In this document: piece after piece, positions 10,412 through 20,372 of the stretch
Numbering within the stretch: the stretch's first letter is position 1
How the letters are laid out: each line of letters opens with the position of its first letter
Assembly (NCBI GenBank): GCA_963752255.1
Contig: CAVVXT010000019.1
Coordinates: 416,001 to 480,000 of the forward strand
Direction: 5' to 3'
DNA: 64,000 nucleotides
Source: Nitrososphaeria archaeon
GTDB lineage: Archaea; Thermoproteota; Nitrososphaeria; JACIWG01
The notes under the pieces: generated by a model
Databases searched by the model: none
What the model was told of the DNA's origin: nothing
What the model saw: only the letters and a program-made list of their open reading frames with translations
Made by a program: the position numbers and the translations under genes

Positions 10412-10547
10412 AGGACCTTGTTTTCCCTTTGAGGAAATAAACCTTTTCAGCTAAACCTTATTCTTTTGGCTGATAAAGTCTTCTTTGTCGCCTGATAGTT
10501 GGTAGTACAACTCAATGTACATCTACCAAAGAGTTATAGAACTGTTT

Positions 10548-11138
10548 CTAAGATTCACTTGTTTCTTGTTCTTTCGGTTCCCCCTGTGGAGTCGCGAGCA
10601 GTAATGTCAGAAGAGACTTGAAGTCCACTTCCACTAGGCTTCTCCAACCTATCGAAAGCGTATCATCATCGTTATGTATAATGTACCCCTTTCTGACGAA
10701 CCTTCTCATGTTCCATTCAACCTTCCACTTTGGCAGCTTATCTTTCAGCATCCTCTCCACTTCGTTCGCAGGCGCCTTTCCTCGTTTGGACGTCAGATAG
10801 CTCAGGGTGATCGCTAACGCGGCCATATCGTCGACGCTCATCCCCGAAGGGCTAGCCTCCCTTGTTGGGAGAGGTTCCTTGAATACTATGTAATACCTCG
10901 CATCATCCAGCTGTTCAGGTTCGACCTGAGGGGGCAGCTCACCGGTTTCTCCCACCACCTTGATTACAAGACCGAGTTTGTCCAGCTCAGTGCCGAGGAC
11001 CTGGATTATTGAATAGTAGTCTTTTCCAACCGCCCTTTTCAGTTCCCAACCCTTGACACCGGGGGCTCTGGCTTTGGGCGTAAGTATGACCTGAAGCGCC
11101 TTCTTGGTTTTTATCGCTACTTCTGCTTCATCGCTCAT
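10548..11138 (-). CDS. Kite-like tandem winged-helix SMC accessory protein (ScpB/Nse1/Nse3-like)
   Basis: Two predicted wHTH modules; terminal IGWRSLVEV resembles the Nse1/MAGE G.R..E motif; 4-nt overlap with the kleisin-like gene. Confidence 0.6.
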   Translation of the reverse strand: MSDEAEVAIKTKKALQVILTPKARAPGVKGWELKRAVGKDYYSIIQVLGTELDKLGLVIKVVGETGELPPQVEPEQLDDARYYIVFKEPLPTREASPSGMSVDDMAALAITLSYLTSKRGKAPANEVERMLKDKLPKWKVEWNMRRFVRKGYIIHNDDDTLSIGWRSLVEVDFKSLLTLLLATPQGEPKEQETSES

Positions 11139-11905
11139 TTTTCCCTTTCACCTCTTGTAGGTAAAATGGCTATCGCCATAGATTTGGGGTGCTTGTCAGC
11201 ATTATGCTTTACGATGAAAATGTTCTCTTCCAGAGGCTTGATCTCTAGGCTTGCACGTCCAGAAGATATTACATGAGAAAGTATCACGGCCCTTGTGACC
11301 GTCTCGTTCAGGTCTTTTCCACGTATGAACTTCCAGTAGTCGACCCTTCCCTGCGTCTCGAGCATAGAAACCAGCTCCCCGTAGACCTCCTCTATCCTCT
11401 TGTTGAGTTCCTCTTCTGTCAAGACCTTCATCTCGACCAGACTTGTCGCATTCAGAGAGGCAAGTCCCCTTTCTTGACCAAATTCTTCCCTGTACCGCTC
11501 CCCCAAGGGTAGTAGGACATTCCAGTAGTCGACGGCCCGCATCAGTTCCCTTATAGAGACCTGCTCCACCTTGAGTATCGGGTGCCAGCTTCCCGTGAAT
11601 ACTTCGGCCAGCCTCTCGGGAGCTGACGCAACTATCTTCAACTCGACGAGCAGTGGGTCAACGTAGAGGGATGACGCCTGGTATCTGACCCATTTTTCCT
11701 GAAGCTCAACGATCCTCGACAGCAGGTTCAACGCTTCGACGTCCATGAGAATTTCCCCAAGCTCCTTCCATTCCGGAAGAAGCTTCCTTAGGGTCTCCAC
11801 TTGGGCTTTGACGTCGACATTAAACGGGTCGGAGCTGCTTCCAATGACTGTTCTCAGGGCTTCGACAACCCTTAGCACCTTTTCTATCTTTTCATCATTT
11901 GGCAA
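11135..11905 (-). CDS. Kleisin-like (ScpA/Nse4-like) protein
   Basis: N-terminal DPFNVDV resembles ScpA DPWDIDI; C-terminal wHTH; overlaps the SMC-like gene. Confidence 0.65.
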   Translation of the reverse strand: MPNDEKIEKVLRVVEALRTVIGSSSDPFNVDVKAQVETLRKLLPEWKELGEILMDVEALNLLSRIVELQEKWVRYQASSLYVDPLLVELKIVASAPERLAEVFTGSWHPILKVEQVSIRELMRAVDYWNVLLPLGERYREEFGQERGLASLNATSLVEMKVLTEEELNKRIEEVYGELVSMLETQGRVDYWKFIRGKDLNETVTRAVILSHVISSGRASLEIKPLEENIFIVKHNADKHPKSMAIAILPTRGEREK

Positions 11906-13907
11906 TTACACCGACCTCCGTCTTACCTTCGATCGTTTGGGTAACAACGTAGTTTATGTCATCGCCCATGATCTTGACTTGGCTCGGCGTGATGATCACG
12001 TACTGCTTTTCATCGTCCTGAGCCCTCTGGAATATGGACCTGAAGATTCTCTCCCTGTTGATGGGGTCCATGTGGACATCGAATTCGTCAACAGCCACGA
12101 TAGGCGAGGAGGAGAGCCTTTGTAGGGCCAGCAGAAACGATATTGTAGCTGTGCTTCTTTCCCCTCCGCTCAGGGTGTATGCGTCCAAAATGGCAGGCGT
12201 TGTCCCCCTGAACCCTATGAGAAGCTCAAGCCCCGTCCTTTCGAAGTCTTCTTCGTAGACGAGCCTGATGTATCCGAAGGCGTTCAGCCCTCTTAGGATT
12301 TCCTGATATACCGGGTTCACTGACTCAAGGACTATGTTTATGCCTTCACGCCAGACCTTCTTCCTTTCCTCGAGTTCTGCCAAGATGACCTTCTTGTTCT
12401 CAAGAACCATTTCCAGCCTCCCCTTCAGTTCGTTGTACTTAGACGTATAGGTTTCGAATATGTTCTTCGCTTCATCCGGCACATCAGCGTAAACTTCTAT
12501 CTGCGCGTTAACCGACGAAAGTTCCGAGTCGATCTCGTTCAGCTGCCTATTTGGAGCCACTCTCGGTTCCATCGATGGTTTTTGAAGCTCGAGGGCAGCC
12601 AACTCCTCCTTAAGCTCTCGAAGACCTCGTTCCAGTTCAGCCAGCTCTGTCTCTAACTGCTTTCTTTTATAGGATAGAAGCGTGAGGTTCGCTTTTTCTT
12701 CCGCGTATTCCTTTACTAGGTTGAACATCCCCCCTTCATTCTGAGAAAGAGATTTTTCGATCATTTCTATCTCGTTAGATGTATCCACACCCTTTCGAGC
12801 CTCTATTTCCACTTCTTTATTCCATGAATCAACCAGCAAGGTCAGGTCTCTTTGTAATGTCTTAAGATCGCTTGCTTCGGTCCTGCTGTTTACAAGATAT
12901 TTCTCAACTGTGCTCGATATCATTTCAAAGGACTTGATGATCTCAGAAAGTGTTTTTCTTCTTACATCAGAAGAGCTTTTATCTGATCCTAGAAAAGTCA
13001 ATGCGCTAAAGGACTTCTTGAGCTGATTGTATGACGTGTGGAAATCCGTTTCTAGATTCTTTGACCTTTCCTCCGACCCTTTCACCTTCGATGAGAGTTC
13101 ACCCACTTCTCTTTTCTTGATATCCAGCCTGTTCAAGGTAACGTCGATGCTTTTTTCCACTCTTGCCATTTGAACCCAGAACTTTTCTTTGGCCAATGCT
13201 TCTCTCCTTGTAACAAGCTCCTGTTTCTTTAGGAATCGCGCGTAAACGTCCTTCCAATGAGTTAAAGTCTCTTCAGCCATTCCCATCAGCTGCTTTATTG
13301 AGCTCTCTTCGCTGACCAAAGTCTGAAGCCTTTTCTGGGAGTCTAGAACCTTCTCCCTGTATCCCGTTAACCCAACCACTTCCTCGACCATCCTTAGCTT
13401 GTCCCCTGCGTCGACTATGGCAAATTCTTCAACCATACCCTGATGCATTATTAGCAGCATGTTGTCTGGGTTGATGTTCAGACCCGCCAGGATTTCCTTA
13501 ACTTCGGCGGAGCTCACCTCTTTGTAGTCTGCTTCAAACCAGTACGACCCATCCTTCCTCAAATATCTTGAGAGCATAAAGGAGTCAGACCTGGAGTATG
13601 GAACAGGCCTTTTACCGTCAACAGGCTTATTGTCGAAGATTATGGTAACCCTTCCTAGATCTTTATCGCGCCTGATGAGGTCGCTTAACTTTCTCGACCG
13701 CTCCGTGTAAATCTGGCCCATTGCAACGGATATTCCCAATAATATGGAGGATTTTCCTGACCCGTTAGGACCACAGATGATATTCAATCCCTTGATAAGC
13801 GGAACACGTGCATACTCGTATGACATGAAGTTCTCTAAGATGATTTCGTGAATACTAGTATTAGATCTTCTCTCAGCTTTTAGTTCCTTTTCTTTTGTCT
13901 GCAACAA
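11895..13907 (-). CDS. Short SMC-family ATPase (670 aa; ClsN/Arcadin-4/SMC5-6-like)
   Basis: LENFMSY, Walker A GPNGSGKS, Q-loop HQG, coiled coil, LSGGERS signature, Walker B VAVDEFDVHMD. Confidence 0.92.
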   Translation of the reverse strand: MLQTKEKELKAERRSNTSIHEIILENFMSYEYARVPLIKGLNIICGPNGSGKSSILLGISVAMGQIYTERSRKLSDLIRRDKDLGRVTIIFDNKPVDGKRPVPYSRSDSFMLSRYLRKDGSYWFEADYKEVSSAEVKEILAGLNINPDNMLLIMHQGMVEEFAIVDAGDKLRMVEEVVGLTGYREKVLDSQKRLQTLVSEESSIKQLMGMAEETLTHWKDVYARFLKKQELVTRREALAKEKFWVQMARVEKSIDVTLNRLDIKKREVGELSSKVKGSEERSKNLETDFHTSYNQLKKSFSALTFLGSDKSSSDVRRKTLSEIIKSFEMISSTVEKYLVNSRTEASDLKTLQRDLTLLVDSWNKEVEIEARKGVDTSNEIEMIEKSLSQNEGGMFNLVKEYAEEKANLTLLSYKRKQLETELAELERGLRELKEELAALELQKPSMEPRVAPNRQLNEIDSELSSVNAQIEVYADVPDEAKNIFETYTSKYNELKGRLEMVLENKKVILAELEERKKVWREGINIVLESVNPVYQEILRGLNAFGYIRLVYEEDFERTGLELLIGFRGTTPAILDAYTLSGGERSTATISFLLALQRLSSSPIVAVDEFDVHMDPINRERIFRSIFQRAQDDEKQYVIITPSQVKIMGDDINYVVTQTIEGKTEVGVIAK

Positions 13908-13983
13908 CAGACCATACTTTCCATTTTACTTTAAAGTTTCTATATTGTTATACTTAAGGAGAAGTGAAAGTTGTATATTATGT

Positions 13984-14063
13984 AATTGGCAAGACTTAAA
14001 TAAATTATAGCAACACTATCAGATCAATTCAGTGAATATTAATGAAGTACAAGCGTCTTGGAA
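13984..14063 (+). repeat. 80-bp direct repeat, copy 1 (promoter + first codons of the aldo/keto reductase)
   Basis: 78/80 identical to 16369-16448. Confidence 0.95.
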
Positions 14064-14479
14064 GAGATAAGGATGAACTATGAAATACCACATCTAAGAG
14101 AATTATATCATAAGCTCAGATGCACCCCTAAAATAAGATTTAAGGATAGAATTAAAAACTCTTTGATGATCTAAAAGAATCATTTTCTTCCTGATGGTTG
14201 ATGATGAGCGTTGATGATTGTTGACAGTTGAAAAATTATCTGTTGACATATTGTATTTTAAAGCCTTAGGAAAAGCCCTAAGGAAAAGGGCCTAAGCCTT
14301 TCTCTGGTATGACAAGTTTTATATTTCTTTAATACAAAACAACATTAATGTACATCTTCTAGCTTTAACTCCGAAACCCTTACAAAAGACTCGGTGCTGA
14401 CCCTACGCTGTTCAATTGGCAAGTGGGCCACTTTGCCCAAGGAGCCGAAATGCAGGTCCCCTACTCCTTACCGGAGTTC

Positions 14480-15719
14480 CTAAACGTCTGTCGGATCTTT
14501 ACCGAAGGTCTTCCTGTAGAGCTCGTGGAGATTCCGCTCCCAAGAGGTCAAGCTCGTTATCGGCAGACTTATTGGCGCCATGCCTTTGAGACTAGACTCG
14601 TACATGGCCACGCACATCTCGATATCCTTTTTACCTTGGATACCGTAGACTGGTGATTTATCCTTGACGCAAGCATTCGCTATACTCATCACACAGTTAG
14701 CAAATCCAGTACCCCACTCTGTAGAAACCACATCGGCATAGGGGTTTTCGTAGACGATCGGCGGGTCCGTCCACACTACAACCTTCTCGACGGACAAGTC
14801 TGCTACGGCACCAGGCGCCCAGTACACTGTTTGTACAGGTATATCGATGTTCCTTATCGTCGGGCGCCTTATCGTCGCGCGCGTGTTCTTATCCTCGAGC
14901 ACGGCTTTATTTTCAGAAAGCAATGTAAGCTCGGCAGGCCCATTGTTTAATCTGCCCCGCATGTGGATGACTCCCTTTGTACCTACAACTTCCCTGTAAT
15001 TGACCTTGCCCGCTGTCCCCATTCCGAGCTCTGCAGATGCCGACAGCTCCGTTCTCGAATTCCACGGTCGCGTGGCCCCAATCATCGAATTCTTCTCCTG
15101 GCGTACAGACCTTCGTCTTTGCAACGACCTTCTTGGCGTCACTTCCAGCGAATCTCCGTATTTGAGACATGCGGTGCACACCCATGTCATGCAGTCTAAA
15201 TACAGCTGAGTGGGCGCTGAAGGCAGACCCATTTCCAATAGCTGGAGAAGGGTCAATGGCATAGGTCCGAGCAATGTCTCCGATCACACCTTGGTCTACT
15301 ACCTTCTTCATAGCCAGCTCCAAAGTAGTCCCCCAGTAGTTCTCAGCACACTCCCAGTAGACACTAGCTTTCTTACATGCGTTTATGACCATGTCGAAGC
15401 ATGGGAGCGACATTGCGAATGGCTTCTCGACTAGGACGGACTTCCCGTGCTCGGCTGCCAACTTCGCTAAAGCGTGATGATTGAAGTCTTCAGTTGCAAT
15501 GTATACGAAGTCCAGATCCCTGTCCAACATCTTCTCTAACGATGTGGAATAGGGTACGTGATACTTCTTGCCAATAGCTTTCGCCCTATCTTCAACAATG
15601 TCGCAGACTGCGGCGAGCTCTATAAGTCCTCCAGCGTGCAATTCAGCGATGGTCCGGAGGTGCCATTGACCAATCCAACCGCATCCAATAACACCCACTT
15701 TAGCCCTTTTCTCCGACAT
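14480..15719 (-). pseudogene. Gfo/Idh/MocA-family oxidoreductase, one frameshift near 15030 (possible sequencing error)
   Basis: GCGWIG, VLVEKP and HDMGVH motifs; the C-terminal half continues in the 14480-15274 frame. Confidence 0.8.
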
Positions 15720-15915
15720 ACAATCACTCCTTTATTCAATATCTTGTACTTAACTTTTCTTCTGTACATATGGGGACATCAACAGTGCTTGTAACTGTAA
15801 GCATAGCGTCAACTTTTTTAGGTGGAACAGGATATCCTCTAACCACATTAGATTATAAGACTTAAGTTTGTTAGCAAGCTTTAACATCATTTGTATTACA
15901 TTGCCAATGAGCTAA

Positions 15916-16368
15916 CTAAAGAATTGCACTGGCTACTTTATGAATTGCATTGATGATATCGTTTATATCTTCATCAGTGAGCAGAGGACTTGTATCAATA
16001 TGAACCGCCTTAGTCATTATACCAACTGACTTTTGGTATCTCATCTTCAAGAATTCACTATTCCTCAAGTATTGTTTCCAGTTCAGAAATACATGCCCAT
16101 CTTTTAAATTGCTCGGATCGCATATTACTCCAGGATAACCTCCACTTTCGGTTCGGATGTTTTCAGCGATTAGCGCGTTCCTGAACTCTATCGCCTTTTC
16201 GGCGCTGTCAACAAAGAAGACGATACAAATAGCAACTTCACCTTCGGGATCGGGGATTCTTCTAAAAGAAATTTGACCTATGTCAGATATACCCTTCTTT
16301 ATCTTGGCTTTATTTTTTCTAAGTTCACTCACAATTCTGTCGAGTTTCCTTATTTGTACTCTCGAAGG
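15916..16368 (-). pseudogene. C-terminal fragment of a DegT/DnrJ/EryC1/StrS aminotransferase
   Basis: QIRKLDRIV...R..N and SPLLTDEDINDIINAIHKVA match the DegT C-terminus; the PLP-binding N-terminal part is missing and the fragment ends at the repeat. Confidence 0.7.
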
Positions 16369-16448
16369 AATTGGCAAGACTTAAATAAGTTACAGCAACA
16401 CTATCAGATCAATTCAGTGAATATTAATGAAGTACAAGCGTCTTGGAA
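16369..16448 (+). repeat. 80-bp direct repeat, copy 2
   Basis: 78/80 identical to 13984-14063. Confidence 0.95.
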
Positions 16449-17428
16449 AATGTGGAGTTAATGTTTCAGAAATCTGCTTGGGGACCGCATATTTCGGTTC
16501 TACTGTCGATGAAACTACGGCAACTAGTATCATAAAAAGAGCCGTAGACCTCGGTGTAAACTTTATCGACACAGCAAACATGTACGCTAAAGGAAGATCT
16601 GAAGAGATCGTCGGCAGAGCGATCAAAGGCATAAGAGAACAGATTGTCCTAGCTACAAAAGTAAGACATCGCATGGGCGAAGGCCCCAACGATGAAGGAT
16701 TAAGTCGCAAGCATATAATGTATGCTGTAAAAGAAAGCCTTAGAAGACTGGACACCGATTACATCGATATATTGTACATTCATAGGGCAAGTAACGTCGA
16801 TAACATTGAGGGGATTGTTGGGGAGCCTGTTCCTTTAGAAGAGACCCTTGGTGCTCTTTCTGATCTAGTTCGCTGTGGTAAAGTTCATTATATTGGATGC
16901 TCGAACTTTCCAGCTTGGTTACTATGCAAAGCTTTATGGATTAGTGATGTCTACGATCTTGAGAGCTTTGTAGTTATAGAACCTCTCTATAACCTTCTTA
17001 ACAGAGAGATTGAACGAGAAATAATACCATTATGCATGGATCAAGGAATCGGTATCGTGCCTTACGCCCCATTTGCTGGCGGAGTTCTGTCAGGAAAATA
17101 CAAAGCTGGTGCTCCACCTCCTGCTGGTAGTAGAGCCACCACAAGCCCTAGGTTCTTTGAGATGTACAAAGGGTTATCTTGGGAAAATCCTAACAACACC
17201 AAAATAGTACAGAAACTGGAAGACTTTTCTAAGCAACTTGGACGGCCGTTGATTCAGGTTGCTCTAGCTTGGATGCTGGCTAATCCCGCTATCACAGCAC
17301 CAATTGTCGGCTCGTCAAATGTTCAGCAATTTGAAGAAAGCTTTGGCGCTACCGAGCTTGTTTTAAGTAAAGAGGATCTAGAAAGGATCAACCAAATAGC
17401 TCCTCCGAAAGGCCCCTACTTTACATAG
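16427..17428 (+). CDS. Aldo/keto reductase
   Basis: IDTANMY, LATKV, SLRRLDTDYID, IGCSN and YNLLNRE motifs. Confidence 0.95.
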   Translation: MKYKRLGKCGVNVSEICLGTAYFGSTVDETTATSIIKRAVDLGVNFIDTANMYAKGRSEEIVGRAIKGIREQIVLATKVRHRMGEGPNDEGLSRKHIMYAVKESLRRLDTDYIDILYIHRASNVDNIEGIVGEPVPLEETLGALSDLVRCGKVHYIGCSNFPAWLLCKALWISDVYDLESFVVIEPLYNLLNREIEREIIPLCMDQGIGIVPYAPFAGGVLSGKYKAGAPPPAGSRATTSPRFFEMYKGLSWENPNNTKIVQKLEDFSKQLGRPLIQVALAWMLANPAITAPIVGSSNVQQFEESFGATELVLSKEDLERINQIAPPKGPYFT

Positions 17429-17525
17429 GACAGATATCAATCTATTCCGATGATTAGAACAAGTTATTATCGTAAAAGTAGCTTATAAAGAATGTCTCAA
17501 ATAACATTTAATTATAAAAGATAAC

Positions 17526-17556
17526 CTCTTGTGATCTATTGGGGGTGATGGTAATC
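17526..17556 (+). repeat. ~31-bp direct repeat, copy 1 (RBS + ATG stub)
   Basis: CTCTTGTGATCTATTGGGGGTGATGGTAATC, near-identical to 19443-19474. Confidence 0.8.
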
Positions 17557-17644
17557 CCCTTTTCTCTCTTCCAAACAATCTATCTGCTGACAAATAAATG
17601 TATCTTTAAGTATTAGGTATGTCATTGAAAATAGGGTAATAAAA

Positions 17645-18124
17645 TTGGTGGATGTTGGAATACAAGTAGTTCTGTCGATTTTGAATTTTTTGCATCTTTT
17701 TGCAACGGTCATATGGATTGGTGGAATGACAACTAACATGTTAGTTTTGATGCCTTCCATGAGGGAAGCACTGGAACCAGCGATCGCTGGCAGATTTCTT
17801 GGAGTGGTTATGAAGCGGTTCCGCCGCTTAGTATATGGAAGCATCCTTCTTCTACTTCTTTCCGGGGTTCCTTTGGAACTGCTGAATGAGAATGGTAACA
17901 CTTGGAGCCAACTTATCATGGTCAAACACTTATTTGTGATAGCTTTGGTTCTGCTCACTATCTACTCCTTTGAGGTATTAGCTCCTAAAGTGGCCAAGTT
18001 AGCTGCAAAGGGACCTTCGCCTGAATTGGCAAGGCTCCAAAGGCTTCAATTGAGATTAGCCGCCACCGGCTTGCTACTGGGCATAATCATTCTATTATTT
18101 GCAGGCATAGTGACCGCGCTTTGA
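17645..18124 (+). CDS. CopD/DUF4149-like 4-TM membrane protein
   Basis: FLHLFATVIWIGG and KH motifs; four hydrophobic segments. Confidence 0.75.
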   Translation: MVDVGIQVVLSILNFLHLFATVIWIGGMTTNMLVLMPSMREALEPAIAGRFLGVVMKRFRRLVYGSILLLLLSGVPLELLNENGNTWSQLIMVKHLFVIALVLLTIYSFEVLAPKVAKLAAKGPSPELARLQRLQLRLAATGLLLGIIILLFAGIVTAL

Positions 18125-18137
18125 ATAGCTCTAACTC

Positions 18138-18232
18138 GTAGCATTAGATAAACTCAACGTTTCAGTTGACCTTAGCTAAATTTTTGGTTTCCTTGGACCA
18201 AACGGCGCTGGAAAACTACGGTTACAATGCTT
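18138..18232 (+). pseudogene. Remnant of an ABC transporter ATPase N-terminus
   Basis: Manual translation VALDKLNVSVDLS*IFGFLGPNGAGK, then a frameshift into TTVTML; Walker A intact, no downstream continuation. Confidence 0.75.
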
Positions 18233-18619
18233 TACGCTAGAACACCACCAATTATTCCAAAGGTAAAACTTGCTTCTCTGGGCAAGAAATGCTGAGATGA
18301 ACATAGATTTAAGATCATTAACTGAATGTAAGGTTTAGGGTCAATTTTACGTTCTTCTGTTTGCATCAGGCAAAGTTGTTATACTTGGTTTAATAATGAA
18401 ATATTGATCATAAAGACAATGAGCACAGTAATATTTGTAATCAACGACAATAACTAAGCCTGGCATTAAAACCAAGACGATGCACGCAATGACCTAAGAA
18501 GTTCGAACTTCTAAGGTTTCATAAAAGTGCTACCTCCATAATTTCGTGATTTTTGTATCCTTTGTAGCTCTTATGTTCTACAACGAATTTTCTACAATAA
18601 TGCGATAATATCCCCCACT

Positions 18620-19408
18620 TTATAGCACAACGAGCTCGCGGAGAAGTTGTGTTAGCTCTTTTTTACACGATTCGTATGCTTCAGGTTTCCTGCCTTCCAA
18701 TTTCTTGCTGAGTTTCTTTATTAAAGCCATTTTTTCAGGCGTTACTCTGTGTTCAATCACCTCAGCTAACCATTCTTGGAAGGGGGCTATCTCGTATTTT
18801 TTTGAGCCAAGTTTATTGACATGGACGACTTTTCTGCCGAGGCCTATAAAGTCTGGGCCAAATGGAATCCCTGAAAAACCGAGGTGGTGCACTTGCTTTA
18901 CTTTATTTAACACTAGACGGTTATTCTCTGTGAGGACTTCTTTGTTTGCTGAAGCAGCCACTACCAGACCAATAATGGCAAAATGGTCACCAGCTCGTTT
19001 CATCCACTTCATCTCACACTCAAGGTGGACTTTGCACTCTTCTATGCGGGGAGGCTTAACCTTTTCTGAATCCACTTCGCTAAAACCTGCCAACTCAACC
19101 TTGTTGATCCGCCGGGGGAAACGTTGAGCCATTATCCAAATACGCTCTAGGTAATCCATGCTAGGTAAGTTGACAACAAACTCTTTCGTATCCCTTATGT
19201 TCATATAAGTGTGTTCAAACGGTGCGACCCCGAGCAAAATCATGGGCGGCCAATATGAGATGGGGGTAAAAACCTTGGCAGGCATTCCGTCCACATTTCC
19301 GTATAAATCAACCGTTGTTATCAAGACAACTGGATTCGTTACCACTAAGTTAAGCCAACACTCTAAGGGCACAGTCACCTTAACCGTAGACATCCCACCT
19401 TCTAGCAC
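18620..19408 (-). CDS. Flavin reductase (DIM6/NTAB) family protein
   Basis: PVVLITT, HTYMNIRDTKEFVVN, PPRIEEC..HLEC and GDH motifs. Confidence 0.88.
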   Translation of the reverse strand: MLEGGMSTVKVTVPLECWLNLVVTNPVVLITTVDLYGNVDGMPAKVFTPISYWPPMILLGVAPFEHTYMNIRDTKEFVVNLPSMDYLERIWIMAQRFPRRINKVELAGFSEVDSEKVKPPRIEECKVHLECEMKWMKRAGDHFAIIGLVVAASANKEVLTENNRLVLNKVKQVHHLGFSGIPFGPDFIGLGRKVVHVNKLGSKKYEIAPFQEWLAEVIEHRVTPEKMALIKKLSKKLEGRKPEAYESCKKELTQLLRELVVL

Positions 19409-19442
19409 ATGCGTCAGATGTTAATAAGAAATTCTGCATTCA

Positions 19443-19474
19443 CTCTTGTGATCTATTGGAGGGAGATGGTAATC
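19443..19474 (+). repeat. ~32-bp direct repeat, copy 2
   Basis: CTCTTGTGATCTATTGGAGGGAGATGGTAATC vs 17526-17556. Confidence 0.8.
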
Positions 19475-19560
19475 AGAAGCTTTTACCTGATGTCAGCGGT
19501 GTTTTAGAAGATCTATTATCCTCCGAGTAACTTTGACGTAGAAGATGTAGCTTTGTGATA

Positions 19561-20064
19561 CTATGCTGTTGCCTCTTTTCCGCAATGTGGGCAAAACTTG
19601 GCACCTTCGGGTATAGCTTGGCCACACTGTACGCAGTATTTAACAGTTAATCCTGGGGTAGCAGTTGGAGTTAAGGTAGGTTCTTTCCAGCTAATCGCTA
19701 GAACACCACCGACTATTCCAAGGATAAGACCTGCTCCGAAACCAGCCCAAGCACCCATGAAGCTTAGTATGGAGAACACTAAGATGAGGGTGCCCCACAT
19801 AGTATGGTTCTTTGGTGCCGAGTTGAGCATTATAGCCGAATATATGACGATGACCCCGAACGCCATTCCAATTATGCTCCATACAATACTTAAACCGGGT
19901 CGCCAGATCAGCATCAGCGGCGGTCTGTATGGGCCTAAAAATGTTCTAATGTAGGCTCTTATTAAAACGCTGACTATTAAGTTACCTATGCCGCCTATAA
20001 GAATCAGAACCCCAGAAATCAGCGATAATATGTAAGCGGTAGTCGGCTTTGATTTTGAACTCAT
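19561..20064 (-). CDS. Membrane protein with C-terminal zinc ribbon
   Basis: About 4 TM segments; CVQCG...FCPHCG. Confidence 0.85.
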   Translation of the reverse strand: MSSKSKPTTAYILSLISGVLILIGGIGNLIVSVLIRAYIRTFLGPYRPPLMLIWRPGLSIVWSIIGMAFGVIVIYSAIMLNSAPKNHTMWGTLILVFSILSFMGAWAGFGAGLILGIVGGVLAISWKEPTLTPTATPGLTVKYCVQCGQAIPEGAKFCPHCGKEATA

Positions 20065-20212
20065 ATTTTGAGGTAAGATAAGGTTGTTATATAAAAATAT
20101 TTTAGATGCTTTATATTTTTTAGCTAACTTGTATCCTGCTTCCGTGACATTCAGAATATTTCGGATGAGATTTTATCTGACGTTGATGAAGATATGTTAA
20201 AGAAAATAGAGT

Positions 20213-20231
20213 GAGCCCAGTTCTTGGGCTC
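20213..20231. terminator. GC-rich hairpin
   Basis: GAGCCCA-GTTCT-TGGGCTC 7-bp stem downstream of the 20266-21302 minus-strand genes. Confidence 0.35.
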
Positions 20232-20265
20232 CTAAGACGAGCAACGTTTTCTCTAAATGAGGTAG

Positions 20266-20361
20266 TTAGAACAGATGAAATTTGCTCTTCTTTTTTTCTG
20301 TTTCCTTCGGTTTCTGTCCTAGTTCTTCCTCTATTTTGTCTATTTCTGACCAGTTAGCCAT
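20266..20361 (-). CDS. Small ORF, 31 aa (MANWSEIDKIEEELGQKPKETEKKKSKFHLF)
   Basis: GGTGA RBS between the upstream stop (20373) and the ATG; purine-rich, coding-like composition. Confidence 0.5.
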   Translation of the reverse strand: MANWSEIDKIEEELGQKPKETEKKKSKFHLF

Positions 20362-20372
20362 TTTTTTCACCG

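Noticed and set aside
10548-13907. Wadjet (JetABCD) anti-plasmid system
   Set aside because: No JetD/TOPRIM nuclease gene is adjacent, and gene order and sizes differ from Wadjet.
14163-14245. Several TGATGA and CTGA/TTGA motifs resembling a box C/D sRNA
   Set aside because: The putative guides are AT-rich and low-complexity, with no clear terminal D box or rRNA complementarity; it looks like degenerate TGA(T) repeats.
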